Shown here: piece after piece, positions 1-10,037 of the stretch
Numbering within the stretch: the first letter of the stretch is position 1
Layout: every line of letters begins with the position of its first letter
DNA from: Acidobacteriota bacterium
GTDB taxonomy: Bacteria; Acidobacteriota; UBA6911; RPQK01; JAJDTT01
Length of the DNA stretch: 64,000 nucleotides
Assembly: GCA_965209055.1 (NCBI GenBank)
Contig: OZ242374.1
Coordinates: 960,001 to 1,024,000 of the forward strand
Direction of reading: 5' to 3'
The notes under the pieces: generated by a model
The model's database searches: none
Seen by the model: the letters and a program-made list of their open reading frames with translations, nothing else
What the model was told of the DNA's origin: nothing
Position numbers and translations under genes: made by a program

Positions 1-44
1 AAGCTCCCCCAACGGCCCAGTCCGGCGGACGCCCGGTAGAAAAA

Positions 45-146
45 GGAGCGGTTTCCTAACCGCCGAACTGGAGCGGCGATTTCCAATCGCCGAACTCCTG
101 ACTGACAAACTTGGCAACGAAGACTGGGCGATTGGAAATCGCCCCC
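45..146. repeat. REP/BIME-like cluster: two direct palindromic units (45-69, 70-96) and one inverted unit (127-143)
   Basis: Units resemble GGAGCGGCGRTTTCC(T)AAYCGCCGAACT; related copies occur at 15535-15587 and 57286-57387. Confidence 0.75.
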
Positions 147-154
147 CCTTTTTC

Positions 155-1408
155 TTAGAAGAGCCTGTGAACCGGCACCGCCCAGAGGTCGGGCTCCAAC
201 TCCAACAGGTCCTCGCCCCGGTGGACGACCAAGCCGCCGAGCCACTCGTCTCCCAACGCCTCTCCCAACACGCGCAGCCCCGAGCAGTCGACCCTCCCAA
301 TCCGGGTGCGGTTCTTCACCTCGATGCCGATGACGCCGGCGGAGGTCGTGACCAGCAGGTCGACTTCCCGTCCCGAGCGCGTCCGGTAGAACCACAGCAT
401 CGCGTCGCGCCCGAGGGTGTCGATCCACTTGCGAGCCTCCGCTACGACCAACGTCTCGAACAGAGGTCCGGTGATCTCACCCCAGAATCCGGTCCCCTGG
501 CGCAACAGGCCCAGGTCCATCCAGTAGAGCTTGGGGCTCTTCACCGTCGAACTGGTGAGGTTGCGCGCATACGGCTGCAGCAGCTCGACCTGGTATGACA
601 GACGGAGGTACTCCAGGTATCGGCGGGCCGTGGCCGCGCTGACGGCGGCGTCCCGGCCCAGCTTCGCATAGTTGAGGAGTTGTCCGGTGCGGAGCATGGC
701 CAACCTCTGCAGTGAGCGAAACGGCAACAGGTCGGCGACTCGGGTCAAATCGGCGAGGTCACGCTCGAGCCAGGTCTGCTGGTAGGAGCGCAGCCATTCG
801 CGCCTGTCCTCATCGTCCAGCGACAGGAGCTCGGGCATCCCTCCCCACGCCGCGAGGTGATCGATTGCCTCAACGCGCGCCGTCGCTTCGTCACCCAGCA
901 GCCGCGGCGGCTCTTCACCCAGGATCGCCGAGAACGCGTCCGGCCGGGTGATGAGCCGATCGAACAGCGGGCGGGGCGGAGTGACTCCGACGGCGCGACG
1001 CAACTCGGAGGCAGTGAGCGGCCATAGATCGTAGACGAACGCCCGGCCGGCCAGCGACTCCCGGATGCGTTTCAGGAGCAGGAATCGAGACGAACCCAGC
1101 AGGACCGAGAACGACAGATGCCCTCCATCGAAGGCCAGCTTCACCTTGTCGAAGACGCCAGGTTCCTTCTGCGCCTCGTCGATCACGGCTGCGCCGACGA
1201 CCCGGCCCCAACTGCCGCTGCGTATTGCGCGCACCGCCTCCCGTTCCTCGATCGCATCCAGGTTCAGGTACCGCAGATCGCGGTAGAGATCCCGGGCCAG
1301 TGTCGTTTTTCCGGTCTGGCGCGCTCCGGTCAGAACCACCAGGCGGCGCTTGTCCGCAGTTGGCAGCCGAGTGGTGAGCCACCGGAATCTCTGTATTATC
1401 GTTCTCAC
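155..1408 (-). CDS. AAA_14-family ATPase with DUF4143 and a C-terminal PD-(D/E)xK-like region
   Basis: Walker A GARQTGKTT, Walker B VIDEAQ, GGMPE, KSPKLY and C-terminal EVDLL...IEVK. Confidence 0.85.
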   Translation of the reverse strand: MRTIIQRFRWLTTRLPTADKRRLVVLTGARQTGKTTLARDLYRDLRYLNLDAIEEREAVRAIRSGSWGRVVGAAVIDEAQKEPGVFDKVKLAFDGGHLSFSVLLGSSRFLLLKRIRESLAGRAFVYDLWPLTASELRRAVGVTPPRPLFDRLITRPDAFSAILGEEPPRLLGDEATARVEAIDHLAAWGGMPELLSLDDEDRREWLRSYQQTWLERDLADLTRVADLLPFRSLQRLAMLRTGQLLNYAKLGRDAAVSAATARRYLEYLRLSYQVELLQPYARNLTSSTVKSPKLYWMDLGLLRQGTGFWGEITGPLFETLVVAEARKWIDTLGRDAMLWFYRTRSGREVDLLVTTSAGVIGIEVKNRTRIGRVDCSGLRVLGEALGDEWLGGLVVHRGEDLLELEPDLWAVPVHRLF

Positions 1409-1418
1409 TGGAACCGAT

Positions 1419-1461
1419 ATTACAGGGTAATCAGTCTAATGATCAATATATTTTCTGTAAT
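1419..1461. promoter_or_regulatory. AT-rich inverted repeat ATTACAG-N29-CTGTAAT overlapping the putative AAA-gene promoter
   Basis: Arms at 1419-1425 and 1455-1461; minus-strand TAATAT at 1422-1417. Confidence 0.4.
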
Positions 1462-1557
1462 TTCATCGTTTCCAGGAGCAACCCTACAATATCTCCCGGC
1501 ACCCGCCGCCGGCGTCCCGGGTGAAGCCGGGATCAACCCTGCGGTAGCATTACCCTG

Positions 1558-3708
1558 ATGCGGTTGGGAGGATCCCAGGTTGGGATTGCCGCGGCACTGG
1601 TGTTGTTCACCTGGTGCTCGCGTTCGGAACCGGAAACGACCCAGGACGAGACGACGATTGCCATGCCACAGAATCCTTTTTTCATTGAGAGTTCCCTACC
1701 ATTCAACTACCCGCGGTTCGATCGGATCGACGAGCGACACTTCCGGCCCGCCTTCGAGCAGGGCATGGCCCGGCATCTGGACCAGGTGAACGCCATCGCC
1801 AACCAGGCGGAACCTCCCACGTTCGAAAACACTCTGGTTGCGCTCGAGCGTTCCGGCCGGATGCTCAGACGGGTCAGGAGCGTCTTCTTCAACCTGGTCC
1901 TCGCCCACACCAACGACAAGCTGGACGAGATCCGGAGCGAGATGGCTCCGAAGCTTTCCGCCCACCGAGACCGCATTCTGCTGAATCGCAAGCTGTTCGA
2001 ACGGGTCCGGGAACTGTACGGCCGCCGGGCGGCGCTGGATATCGACGACGAGTCTCGGCGCCTGATCGAGGAGTATTTCACCGACTTCGTGCGGGCGGGA
2101 GCGCGGCTCTCGGAGTCGGGCCAGGCTCGGCTCCAGGAGATCAACGTCGAGCTGGCCGGCCTGCAGACGCGCTTCAGCCAGAACCTGCTGTCCGAGGTCA
2201 ACGATTCCGCCGTCGTCGTCGCCGACCGCGGGCAACTGGAAGGACTGTCGGACAACGAGATCCAAGCGGCGGCGGATGCGGCGGCGGCCCGGGACCTGAA
2301 GGGAAAGTTCCTGGTTGCGCTCCGGAACACCAGTGGCCAGCCGCCATTGACCTGGATCCGGGACCGCGCGATGCGGAAACGGATCATGGAGGCGTCCCAA
2401 GCCCGCGGCAGCCGGGGAGGCGAGTTCGACAATCGGGGCATCGTGGCCCGCTCCGCCAGGCTGCGGGCGGAACGGGCGGCGCTCCTCGGCTATCCCAACC
2501 ATGCCGCCTACAGCCTGGAGCGGCAGACGGCGAAGACGGTGGAGGCGGTCAACCGCTTTCTCTCCCAACTGGCGGAGGCGGCGGCGGCCAACGCCGCGCG
2601 GGAGGCACGGGACCTGCAGGCCATGATTGACGACGACGGCGGGGGCCATCCGTTGGCCTCGTGGGACTGGGCCTACTACGCGGAGCAGGTTCGCAGGAAA
2701 CGATACGCCTTCGACGCGTCTCAGCTTCGACCCTACTTCGAAATCGACAACGTCCTGCAAAAGGGCGTCTTCTACGCGGCGAACCGGCTGTTCGGGATCA
2801 GCCTTCGCGAGCGGACCGATCTCCCCACCCACCACCCGGACGTGAGGGTGTTCGACGTTCTCGACGCCGACTCCCGGCCGCTGGCCCTGTTTCTGGTCGA
2901 CCTCTATGCCCGGCCCTCCAAACAGGGGGGCGCCTGGATGAGTTCGTTCGTCTCCCAGTCGGAGCTGCTGGGGACCCGGGCGGTGATCGGAAACTACATG
3001 AATGTCCCGAAGCCTCCCGCCGGGGAGCCGACGCTGCTGAGCGTCGATGAGGTGGAGACGCTGTTTCACGAGTTCGGTCACGCGCTCCACGGCATCTTCT
3101 CTTCGGTGCGCTACCCCTATTTCTCGGGAACGTCCGTGGCTCGCGACTTCGTCGAATTCCCCTCCCAGATCAACGAAATGTGGGCCACCTGGCCGGAGGT
3201 GGTGGCGAACTACGCAGTCCATCACGAGACCGGGGAGCCCATGCCCATGGAATTGGTGGAAAAGATGTTGGCCGCGGAGAAATTCAACCAGGGATTCGCC
3301 ACCACCGAGTACCTGGCCGCCTCGCTGCTGGACCAGGCGTGGCACCAGCTCACGGTCGAGGAAGCGCCCGATGACGAGGGTGTGATCGATTTCGAGAAGG
3401 CGGTGCTGGCCGAGGCCGGAGTCGCCCTCGATGCGGTGCCGCCGCGCTACCGCAGCACCTACTTTTCACACATCTGGAGCAGCGGCTACTCGGCCGGGTA
3501 CTACTCCTACATCTGGAGCGAGGTGCTGGACGCCGATACGGTGGAGTGGTTCAAGGAAAACGGCGGGTTGACACGGGAGAACGGTGACCGATTCCGCAGG
3601 ATGATCCTGTCGCAAGGAGGCAGCCGGGAGGCCATGGCTCTCTACCGGGCCTTCCGGGGCCGCGATCCGGACGCCGCCTCATTGCTGGTCCGGCGCGGCC
3701 TGAACTGA
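1558..3708 (+). CDS. dcp: M3 family metallopeptidase (peptidyl-dipeptidase Dcp-like), possibly exported or a lipoprotein
   Basis: HEFGH zinc motif, RDFVEFPSQ, GYSAGYYSYIWSEVL; hydrophobic N-terminus followed by Cys. Confidence 0.9.
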   Translation: MRLGGSQVGIAAALVLFTWCSRSEPETTQDETTIAMPQNPFFIESSLPFNYPRFDRIDERHFRPAFEQGMARHLDQVNAIANQAEPPTFENTLVALERSGRMLRRVRSVFFNLVLAHTNDKLDEIRSEMAPKLSAHRDRILLNRKLFERVRELYGRRAALDIDDESRRLIEEYFTDFVRAGARLSESGQARLQEINVELAGLQTRFSQNLLSEVNDSAVVVADRGQLEGLSDNEIQAAADAAAARDLKGKFLVALRNTSGQPPLTWIRDRAMRKRIMEASQARGSRGGEFDNRGIVARSARLRAERAALLGYPNHAAYSLERQTAKTVEAVNRFLSQLAEAAAANAAREARDLQAMIDDDGGGHPLASWDWAYYAEQVRRKRYAFDASQLRPYFEIDNVLQKGVFYAANRLFGISLRERTDLPTHHPDVRVFDVLDADSRPLALFLVDLYARPSKQGGAWMSSFVSQSELLGTRAVIGNYMNVPKPPAGEPTLLSVDEVETLFHEFGHALHGIFSSVRYPYFSGTSVARDFVEFPSQINEMWATWPEVVANYAVHHETGEPMPMELVEKMLAAEKFNQGFATTEYLAASLLDQAWHQLTVEEAPDDEGVIDFEKAVLAEAGVALDAVPPRYRSTYFSHIWSSGYSAGYYSYIWSEVLDADTVEWFKENGGLTRENGDRFRRMILSQGGSREAMALYRAFRGRDPDAASLLVRRGLN

Positions 3709-3762
3709 GCGTGATTGGAAACCTCCGGGACACCCTGGCATTCCCTCAGGTCAGGTCCGGAA

Positions 3763-4863
3763 TCAAGCCGGCCCGTGTTCCCGGGCGTAGAGTCTCGCAA
3801 TCTTGCCCACATAGGCGGGGATCGGATAGGACCGGTCCCCACCCGGATCGGCCCACACCAGCCCCGCGGGTGGGCCGTCCGTCCGGAGCGTGCCCACAAC
3901 CGGATGAAGGGTGAGCCGCCGAAACGTGATCTGATGACGAACCGGTTTCAGCAAGCCGCCGATGTTGAGCGACAAGCCGAGTTTGCGATGAAAGGCCTTC
4001 TCCAGCACTTCGGCCGTCAGATCCTGGTCCGGATCCTTGACCCGAATCCGGGGGAATTCCCACATCCCTTTCAAGAATTCACCTTCCCGGTTCCGGGCCA
4101 GCAGGAATCGATCCCGGTGGCGGATCACGGCCACCGCGTAGCTCAACCGTCGCACGGCACGGCGCGCGCGGGGCAGGGGCAGCTTCTCCTGAACTCCGGC
4201 CCGGAGTCCGAGGCAACTCCCCTCCAGCGGGCAGCGACCGCAACCCGGCGAGCGCGGCGTGCAGACCAGTGCCCCCAATTCCATGAGAGCCTGATTCAGA
4301 TCGGACACTTCCTCCCGGGCCGCCGCATAGCGGCTGATGCGGGTCAACAGGTCCCACAGCGGCGGGGAATCGTCTCCGGCGGAGACGCCGTCCATCTTGA
4401 GGTAGCGGGCGAAGAGCCTGCGGATGTTGCCGTCCAGGATGGGCAGGGGTTGCCCATAGGCAATGGAGAGGACGGCTCCGGCCGTATACCGGCCGACTCC
4501 GGGCAACCGGATCATCTCCTGGTAGGTCCGGGGGAACTCACCCCCGTGGCGGTCGCGGATCTGCTGGGCCGCCCGGCGAAGATTGCGGGCACGGCTGTAG
4601 TATCCCAGCCCCGACCAGAGGGCAAGGACTTCGTCCTCGTCGCTTTCGGCCAGGTCTTCCAGCGTGGGATAACGCTTCAGGAACCTCCGGTAGTAGGGAA
4701 CGACGGTCTTCACCTGGGTCTGCTGGAGCATCACCTCGGCCAGGAGGACCGGATAGGGCTCAAGCCGGCGGCGCCAGGGAAGATCGCGCCGGTGCCGCTG
4801 GTACCAGCGCAACAGATCCCGGCAGAATGCGGCGACGGGAACCGGCAGTTCCAGCTTTTCCAT
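3763..4863 (-). CDS. mutY: A/G-specific adenine DNA glycosylase
   Basis: RDLPWRR, EVMLQQTQV, HhH LPGVGRYTAGA, Fe-S motif C-x6-C-x2-C-x5-C, NUDIX-like C-terminus; start trimmed to ATG 4863 because the longer ORF overlaps the next gene. Confidence 0.92.
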   Translation of the reverse strand: MEKLELPVPVAAFCRDLLRWYQRHRRDLPWRRRLEPYPVLLAEVMLQQTQVKTVVPYYRRFLKRYPTLEDLAESDEDEVLALWSGLGYYSRARNLRRAAQQIRDRHGGEFPRTYQEMIRLPGVGRYTAGAVLSIAYGQPLPILDGNIRRLFARYLKMDGVSAGDDSPPLWDLLTRISRYAAAREEVSDLNQALMELGALVCTPRSPGCGRCPLEGSCLGLRAGVQEKLPLPRARRAVRRLSYAVAVIRHRDRFLLARNREGEFLKGMWEFPRIRVKDPDQDLTAEVLEKAFHRKLGLSLNIGGLLKPVRHQITFRRLTLHPVVGTLRTDGPPAGLVWADPGGDRSYPIPAYVGKIARLYAREHGPA

Positions 4864-4892
4864 GGAGTCGAAAACCAGGCCGGACCGGGCTG

Positions 4893-6059
4893 CTACGGGC
4901 TGAGGACCTGCTTGGCGATGGTGGCGAGCTGCATGTGGGTCGTGCCCTCGTAGATGGACCCGATCTTGGAGTCCCGAAAATACTTCTCCACGGGATAGTC
5001 CCGGGTATAGCCGTAGCCTCCGAAAATCTCGATGGCGCGGGACGTGATCATCTCGGCGACCCTGGAGCTGTAGTATTTGGCCATCGCCGCTTCCTTCAGA
5101 AAGGCCTTGCCCGCGTCCTTCAACCGCGCCGCGTTGTAGACCAGGAGTCTCGCCGCCTCCAACTCCGTCTCCATTTCCGCCACCGAGAACTGGACCCCCT
5201 GGAACCGGCCGATGGGCTTGCCGAACGCCTCCCGCTCTCGACAATAGGCGAGGGCATGGTCCAGGGCCCCCCGGGCCAGGCCGATCATCTGGGCGCCGAT
5301 CCCGATCCTGCCCTCATTCAGAGTCTCGATGGCGACCTTGTAGCCGATGCCTTCGGCTCCCAGGACGTTCTCCGCGGGCACGGCGCAATCCTCCAGGATC
5401 AGCTCGCAGGTGGACGAAGCGCGAATGCCCAGCTTGTCCTCCTTCTTTCCGACGCGGAACCCGGAATAGCCCCGCTCCACCAGGAAGGCGGTGATGCCCT
5501 TGTACCTCTTCTCGGGGGCCGCGTTGGCGAAGACGATGAAAAGGTCGGCTTCCGCCGCGTTCGTGGTCCACAGCTTCCGGCCGCTGAGAACGTAGTGGTC
5601 CCCCCGCCTGGAGGCCCGGGCCGCCATGGTGAACGCGTCGCTGCCGGAGGTCGCCTCCGAGAGGGCGTAGGCGCCCACCCACCGCGAGGCCATGCGGGGG
5701 AGATACCGCTCTTTTTGGGACCGTGTCCCCCATCGCAGCAGAGCGTTGTTGACCAGGGTGTTCTGGACGTCCACGACGACTCCGGCCGAAGCATCCGCCG
5801 TGCTCAGCGCCTCCACCGCCAGAATGGACATGAAGAAACTGGCCCCGGCCCCACCCAGGGACGGGGGGACCTCGATGCCCATCAGGTCCAACTGGAAAAA
5901 CTGCTGCAGGAGCTCGGGCCGGAAGACTCCGTCCCGATCCATCGCCGCGGCCAGTGGCCGGACCTCGCTCCGGGCGAAGTCGGAGACGGCATCCCGAAAC
6001 AGCGCCTCCTCTTCCGACAATTCGGTGAGCGGCGAGGGAGACGAACCGTAGTCGGACAT
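4893..6059 (-). CDS. Short/branched-chain acyl-CoA dehydrogenase (ACADSB-like)
   Basis: ALSEATSGSDA, KLGIRASSTC, GGYGYTRDYPVEKYFRDSKIGSIYEGT; start 6059 or 6071. Confidence 0.88.
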   Translation of the reverse strand: MSDYGSSPSPLTELSEEEALFRDAVSDFARSEVRPLAAAMDRDGVFRPELLQQFFQLDLMGIEVPPSLGGAGASFFMSILAVEALSTADASAGVVVDVQNTLVNNALLRWGTRSQKERYLPRMASRWVGAYALSEATSGSDAFTMAARASRRGDHYVLSGRKLWTTNAAEADLFIVFANAAPEKRYKGITAFLVERGYSGFRVGKKEDKLGIRASSTCELILEDCAVPAENVLGAEGIGYKVAIETLNEGRIGIGAQMIGLARGALDHALAYCREREAFGKPIGRFQGVQFSVAEMETELEAARLLVYNAARLKDAGKAFLKEAAMAKYYSSRVAEMITSRAIEIFGGYGYTRDYPVEKYFRDSKIGSIYEGTTHMQLATIAKQVLSP

Positions 6060-6205
6060 GAGACGGATCATAGACAGACCCCCCTATCCTGACAAGGCCG
6101 GCAGCAGCCCGGCCCGGCCGTCCGCTCCGGGCCGCGGCGGGCCTCCAGCGCCGTCCTGACAGCGGTCCCGGCACCGTAGTAGACTGTTGGCGAGGGATCA
6201 GGGCC

Positions 6206-7123
6206 ATGAGTTCCAAGATCGACGACAGATCGCGAGGCCGGCGTTCTCTTCCCCGAGTCATCGACGACATCGCTGCCACCTACCGGGACAGCCGTCTGAA
6301 GCACCAGCACCTGGGGGAGACGCCGCTTCCCAGCCAGCGGGTCGTTGTCGACGTCCTGGGAAAGATCCGAATGATTCTCTTCCCCGGGTACTTCGGGCAC
6401 CAATCCGTCACCAACGAGACCGTGGAAGAGTACGTGAGCGGCTTGGTCGAAGAGGTGTATCGGCGCCTCTCGAAGGAGATCTGCAAAGCACTCATTCTCG
6501 AATCCGGTCCGGACCCGGAGAAGGTCGGGAGAACCGCGGATGCCATCTGCCTCCGTTTCCTGAAGACCTTTCCGCGGCTTCGCCGGCTGTTGGGACTGGA
6601 CCTGGAGGCCGCCATGGACGGCGACCCGGCGGCCCAGAGCAACCACGAGATCATCTTCAGCTACCCCTGCATGAAGGCCGTCACCATCTATCGGGTCGCC
6701 CACGAGCTGACCCTTTTGAACGTCCCGCTGATCCCCAGGATCATGACCGAATACGCCCATCACGAAACGGGAATCGACATTCACCCGGGCGCCCGTATCG
6801 GACGCCGCTTCTTCATCGACCACGGCACCGGTGTCGTCATCGGCGAAACCACCGAGATCGGAGAGAACGTCAAGCTCTATCAGGGCGTGACCCTGGGTGC
6901 GCTGAGCTTCCCCGAAGGGGCGGCGGCGGCCCGTGGAAAGAAACGCCATCCCACCATCGAGGACAACGTGGTCATCTATTCCGGGGCCACGATTCTGGGC
7001 GGCAATACGGTCATCGGCCGGGACTCCATCATCGGCGGCAACGTCTGGATCATCAGCAGCGTGCCTCCCGGGTCCAAGGTCATGGTGAGGGTTCCCAAAC
7101 TTCGAATCACCGCCGCGGTCTGA
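6206..7123 (+). CDS. cysE: Serine O-acetyltransferase (CysE/EpsC type)
   Basis: GDPAA, TGIDIHPGARIG, FFIDHGTGVVIGET, KRHPTIEDNVVIY. Confidence 0.9.
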   Translation: MSSKIDDRSRGRRSLPRVIDDIAATYRDSRLKHQHLGETPLPSQRVVVDVLGKIRMILFPGYFGHQSVTNETVEEYVSGLVEEVYRRLSKEICKALILESGPDPEKVGRTADAICLRFLKTFPRLRRLLGLDLEAAMDGDPAAQSNHEIIFSYPCMKAVTIYRVAHELTLLNVPLIPRIMTEYAHHETGIDIHPGARIGRRFFIDHGTGVVIGETTEIGENVKLYQGVTLGALSFPEGAAAARGKKRHPTIEDNVVIYSGATILGGNTVIGRDSIIGGNVWIISSVPPGSKVMVRVPKLRITAAV

Positions 7124-7242
7124 CCCGCCATTCGATCCGGGCCGGTGTGCCCGCCCTTTCACAGGTCCGCGATCCGGGTCCTCAGGTCGTGCCCGGCCGT
7201 TGACAGTTTCTTCCGGCCATTGGTACCTTGGCCGTTAACTCC

Positions 7243-9942
7243 ATGCTCTATCGGGTCTTACTCTCCATCGGGATCCTGCTGGGGCCGGCCCTGCCCTTGT
7301 TCGGCTCCGACAGGTCCGCGGCCGAGCTCTTCGAGATGCGCATTCGGCCCCTGCTGGCCGAAAACTGCTACGCCTGCCACACCAGCGCCCGCAAGGGAGA
7401 TCTTCGATTGGATTCGAGGGAGGGACTGGTTCGCGGGGGAAGTTCCGGGCCGGCCATCAGGCCCGGAAACGCTGCCGGCAGCCTGCTCGTCCGGGTCGTC
7501 TCCCATACCCATGAGAGGCTGCAGATGCCTCCCCAGGGAAAGCTCAGCGACCGGAATATCGAGGACCTGCGCAGTTGGATCGATGCCGGCGCCGTCTGGC
7601 CGGACACCGGCGACAAGTTGATCGCCTCGAATCCGGCGGCCACCTACACGGTCACGCCGGAGCAACGGGCCTTCTGGTCTCTGCGGCCGCTGCAGGAAAC
7701 CGATCCTCCCGGCGTGGGGGATGCCCCCTGGCCGGGAAACCCCATCGACTATTTCGTCCTGGACCGGCTGGAAAAAGAGGGTCTGGCTCCCGTCGGGTCC
7801 GCCGACAGGCGTACTCTCATCCGGAGAGCCAGCTTCGACCTGATCGGACTTCCGCCCACGCCGGAAGAGGTGGAGGCCTTCGACGCCGACACCTCCCCGG
7901 ACGCCTTCTCCCGGGTCGTGGAGCGGCTGCTGGCCTCCCACCACTATGGAGAGCGTTGGGGGCGCCACTGGCTGGACCTGGCCCGCTATTCCGACGGCAG
8001 ATTGGGAGCCCGGACGGACACTCCCTATCCCAACGCCTTCCGATACCGGGATTGGGTCGTCGAGGCGTTCAACCGGGACCTGCCCTACGATCAATTCATC
8101 CTGGCCCAGGTGGCGGCCGATCAACTGCCCGTCGAGAGCCGGGAGAAATTGCTTGCGGGCCTGGGCTTTCTCGCCGTCGCTCCCAACCTGGACGACCTGG
8201 TGGACGTGACGGCCCGAACTTTCCTGGGGCTGACCGTGGGTTGCGCCCGCTGTCACGACCACAAGTACGACCCCATCCCCACTCAGGACTTCTATTCCCT
8301 GAAGGGTGTGTTCACCAGCAGCAAAGCCGGGGAACACCCTCTGGTAGCCGAATCCATCGTCCAGGCCTACAAGAAGAGCCAGGAGCGGATCAACTCTCAG
8401 AAGGATGCGATTCAGGCCTTCATCACGGCTCAGTCGGAGCAACTGTCGGAAATCCTGATGGGACAGACCTCCGGCTACATGGTGGCCGCCTGGAAGGCGA
8501 TGCGCGGGAATTCGCAGGCGCCGCCGGCCGAACTGGACTCGGAGATCCTGGACCGGTGGGTCAAGTACCTGGGTCGAAAGGACCTGGAACACCCCTACCT
8601 CCGTGAGTGGGAAGAGCTTGGAGGCCAGGGAGGAACTCTCCAACAGGTGAACGATCTCTCCCGCCGGTTCCAGGACATGGTGCTGGCCGTCCACGCCGAG
8701 AAGAAGGGCATCGAGGACAGGAACTACGTGAAGTTGGGCGGGGCCAAAGGGGTCGCCGACCAGGGCACCCGCCAGTTCACGAACCTGGAGTTCCTCGACC
8801 TGGAGAAGTGGTACCTGTGGAGGGACCTGGCGGCGGGGCCCCATCCCCGAGGGAGCTTCCGGTTCCCGGGCGGAGTGTTTTACTACGGCGCGGAAGAGGG
8901 ATTGGAGATCGATCGCTTTCTCAGTCCGGTCTGGAAGGGTCATCTGGATCGGATGCGCGCCGAATTGAAGGGTCTTGAGGACTCGGCTCCCGAGCCCTAT
9001 CCGTTTCTCCACATCTACCAGGACCGGGAGAAACCGGAGGACCTGCAAATCGCAATCCGGGGCGACACGAAGAATCTGGGGGACGTGGCTCCGCGAAGGT
9101 TCCTCCACATTCTGAGCGACGGGACCCCGAAACCATTCACCGGAGGAAGCGGCCGCCTAGAGTTGGCCAAGGCGATTGCCGATCCCCGGAACCCTCTGAC
9201 CGCGCGAGTCATGGTGAATCGGATCTGGCAGCACCATTTCGGCCGGGGACTCATTTCGACGCCGAGCAATCTGGGGAGATTGGGAGAACCGGCCAGTCAC
9301 CCGCGGCTGCTGGACTACTTGGCGGGGCGCTTCATTCGCGGCGGGTGGTCCGTCAAGCAACTCCACAAGGAGATCATGCTGTCGGGCGCCTATGCCCGGA
9401 GCAGCCGACACCACCAGGAGAATTTCCGCAAGGATCCTGAAAACCGGCTTCTGTGGCGAATGAATCCGATTCAGAGGCTGGACGCGGAAGCCCTGCGGGA
9501 CACGATTCTGGCCGTCTCCGGGACTCTGGACCGCACGCCGGGCGGACCGCCGAATCCGCTGGATGAAAAGCACCGCCGCCGCGCCCTGTACGCCACCGTC
9601 AGCCGGACTCAGCCCGACCGGGCCATGGCGCTGTTCGATTTTCCCGATCCCAATGCCCACAGCGACCGGCGCGCCGTGACCGTGGGTCCCATGCAGCGGC
9701 TCTTTTTTCTCAACAGCCCCTTTGTCATGGAGCAGGCAAAAGCCCTGGCCGGTCGCCTGGCGAGAGAGTCGCCCCAGGGGAACCGGGCCCGGATCCGGCG
9801 GGCCTACCAATTGCTGTACGGACGCCCCCCGGATCCGTCCGAGATCCGCATGGGGCTTGAATACCTGGAGGGAGAAAAGGATCCCTGGCCCAAGTACGCC
9901 CAGATGCTGCTGGCGTCCAGCGAGTTCAGTTCGGTGAACTGA
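7243..9942 (+). CDS. Planctomycete-type cytochrome c domain protein (PSCyt1 + DUF1549 + DUF1553)
   Basis: Signal peptide, CYACH, YGERWGRHWLDLARY, CARCHDHKYDPI, NPLTARVMVNRIWQHHFGRG. Confidence 0.9.
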   Translation: MLYRVLLSIGILLGPALPLFGSDRSAAELFEMRIRPLLAENCYACHTSARKGDLRLDSREGLVRGGSSGPAIRPGNAAGSLLVRVVSHTHERLQMPPQGKLSDRNIEDLRSWIDAGAVWPDTGDKLIASNPAATYTVTPEQRAFWSLRPLQETDPPGVGDAPWPGNPIDYFVLDRLEKEGLAPVGSADRRTLIRRASFDLIGLPPTPEEVEAFDADTSPDAFSRVVERLLASHHYGERWGRHWLDLARYSDGRLGARTDTPYPNAFRYRDWVVEAFNRDLPYDQFILAQVAADQLPVESREKLLAGLGFLAVAPNLDDLVDVTARTFLGLTVGCARCHDHKYDPIPTQDFYSLKGVFTSSKAGEHPLVAESIVQAYKKSQERINSQKDAIQAFITAQSEQLSEILMGQTSGYMVAAWKAMRGNSQAPPAELDSEILDRWVKYLGRKDLEHPYLREWEELGGQGGTLQQVNDLSRRFQDMVLAVHAEKKGIEDRNYVKLGGAKGVADQGTRQFTNLEFLDLEKWYLWRDLAAGPHPRGSFRFPGGVFYYGAEEGLEIDRFLSPVWKGHLDRMRAELKGLEDSAPEPYPFLHIYQDREKPEDLQIAIRGDTKNLGDVAPRRFLHILSDGTPKPFTGGSGRLELAKAIADPRNPLTARVMVNRIWQHHFGRGLISTPSNLGRLGEPASHPRLLDYLAGRFIRGGWSVKQLHKEIMLSGAYARSSRHHQENFRKDPENRLLWRMNPIQRLDAEALRDTILAVSGTLDRTPGGPPNPLDEKHRRRALYATVSRTQPDRAMALFDFPDPNAHSDRRAVTVGPMQRLFFLNSPFVMEQAKALAGRLARESPQGNRARIRRAYQLLYGRPPDPSEIRMGLEYLEGEKDPWPKYAQMLLASSEFSSVN

Positions 9943-10037
9943 GATTTCCGAACTCGGCCGGGGTTGGCCGGAAAGGACTGGCACGGTACTGACAATCCGG
10001 AAAGATTCCCTTACCGTTGTCACGGGAGGAGCCCAAC

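Noticed and set aside
45-146. Possible CRISPR array from the ~25-27-bp palindromic repeats
   Set aside because: The units abut without unique spacers, include inverted copies and are dispersed; no cas genes are present
3763-5244. 493-aa MutY with an N-terminal extension
   Set aside because: The extension overlaps the acyl-CoA dehydrogenase gene in another frame; MutY similarity starts near 4863
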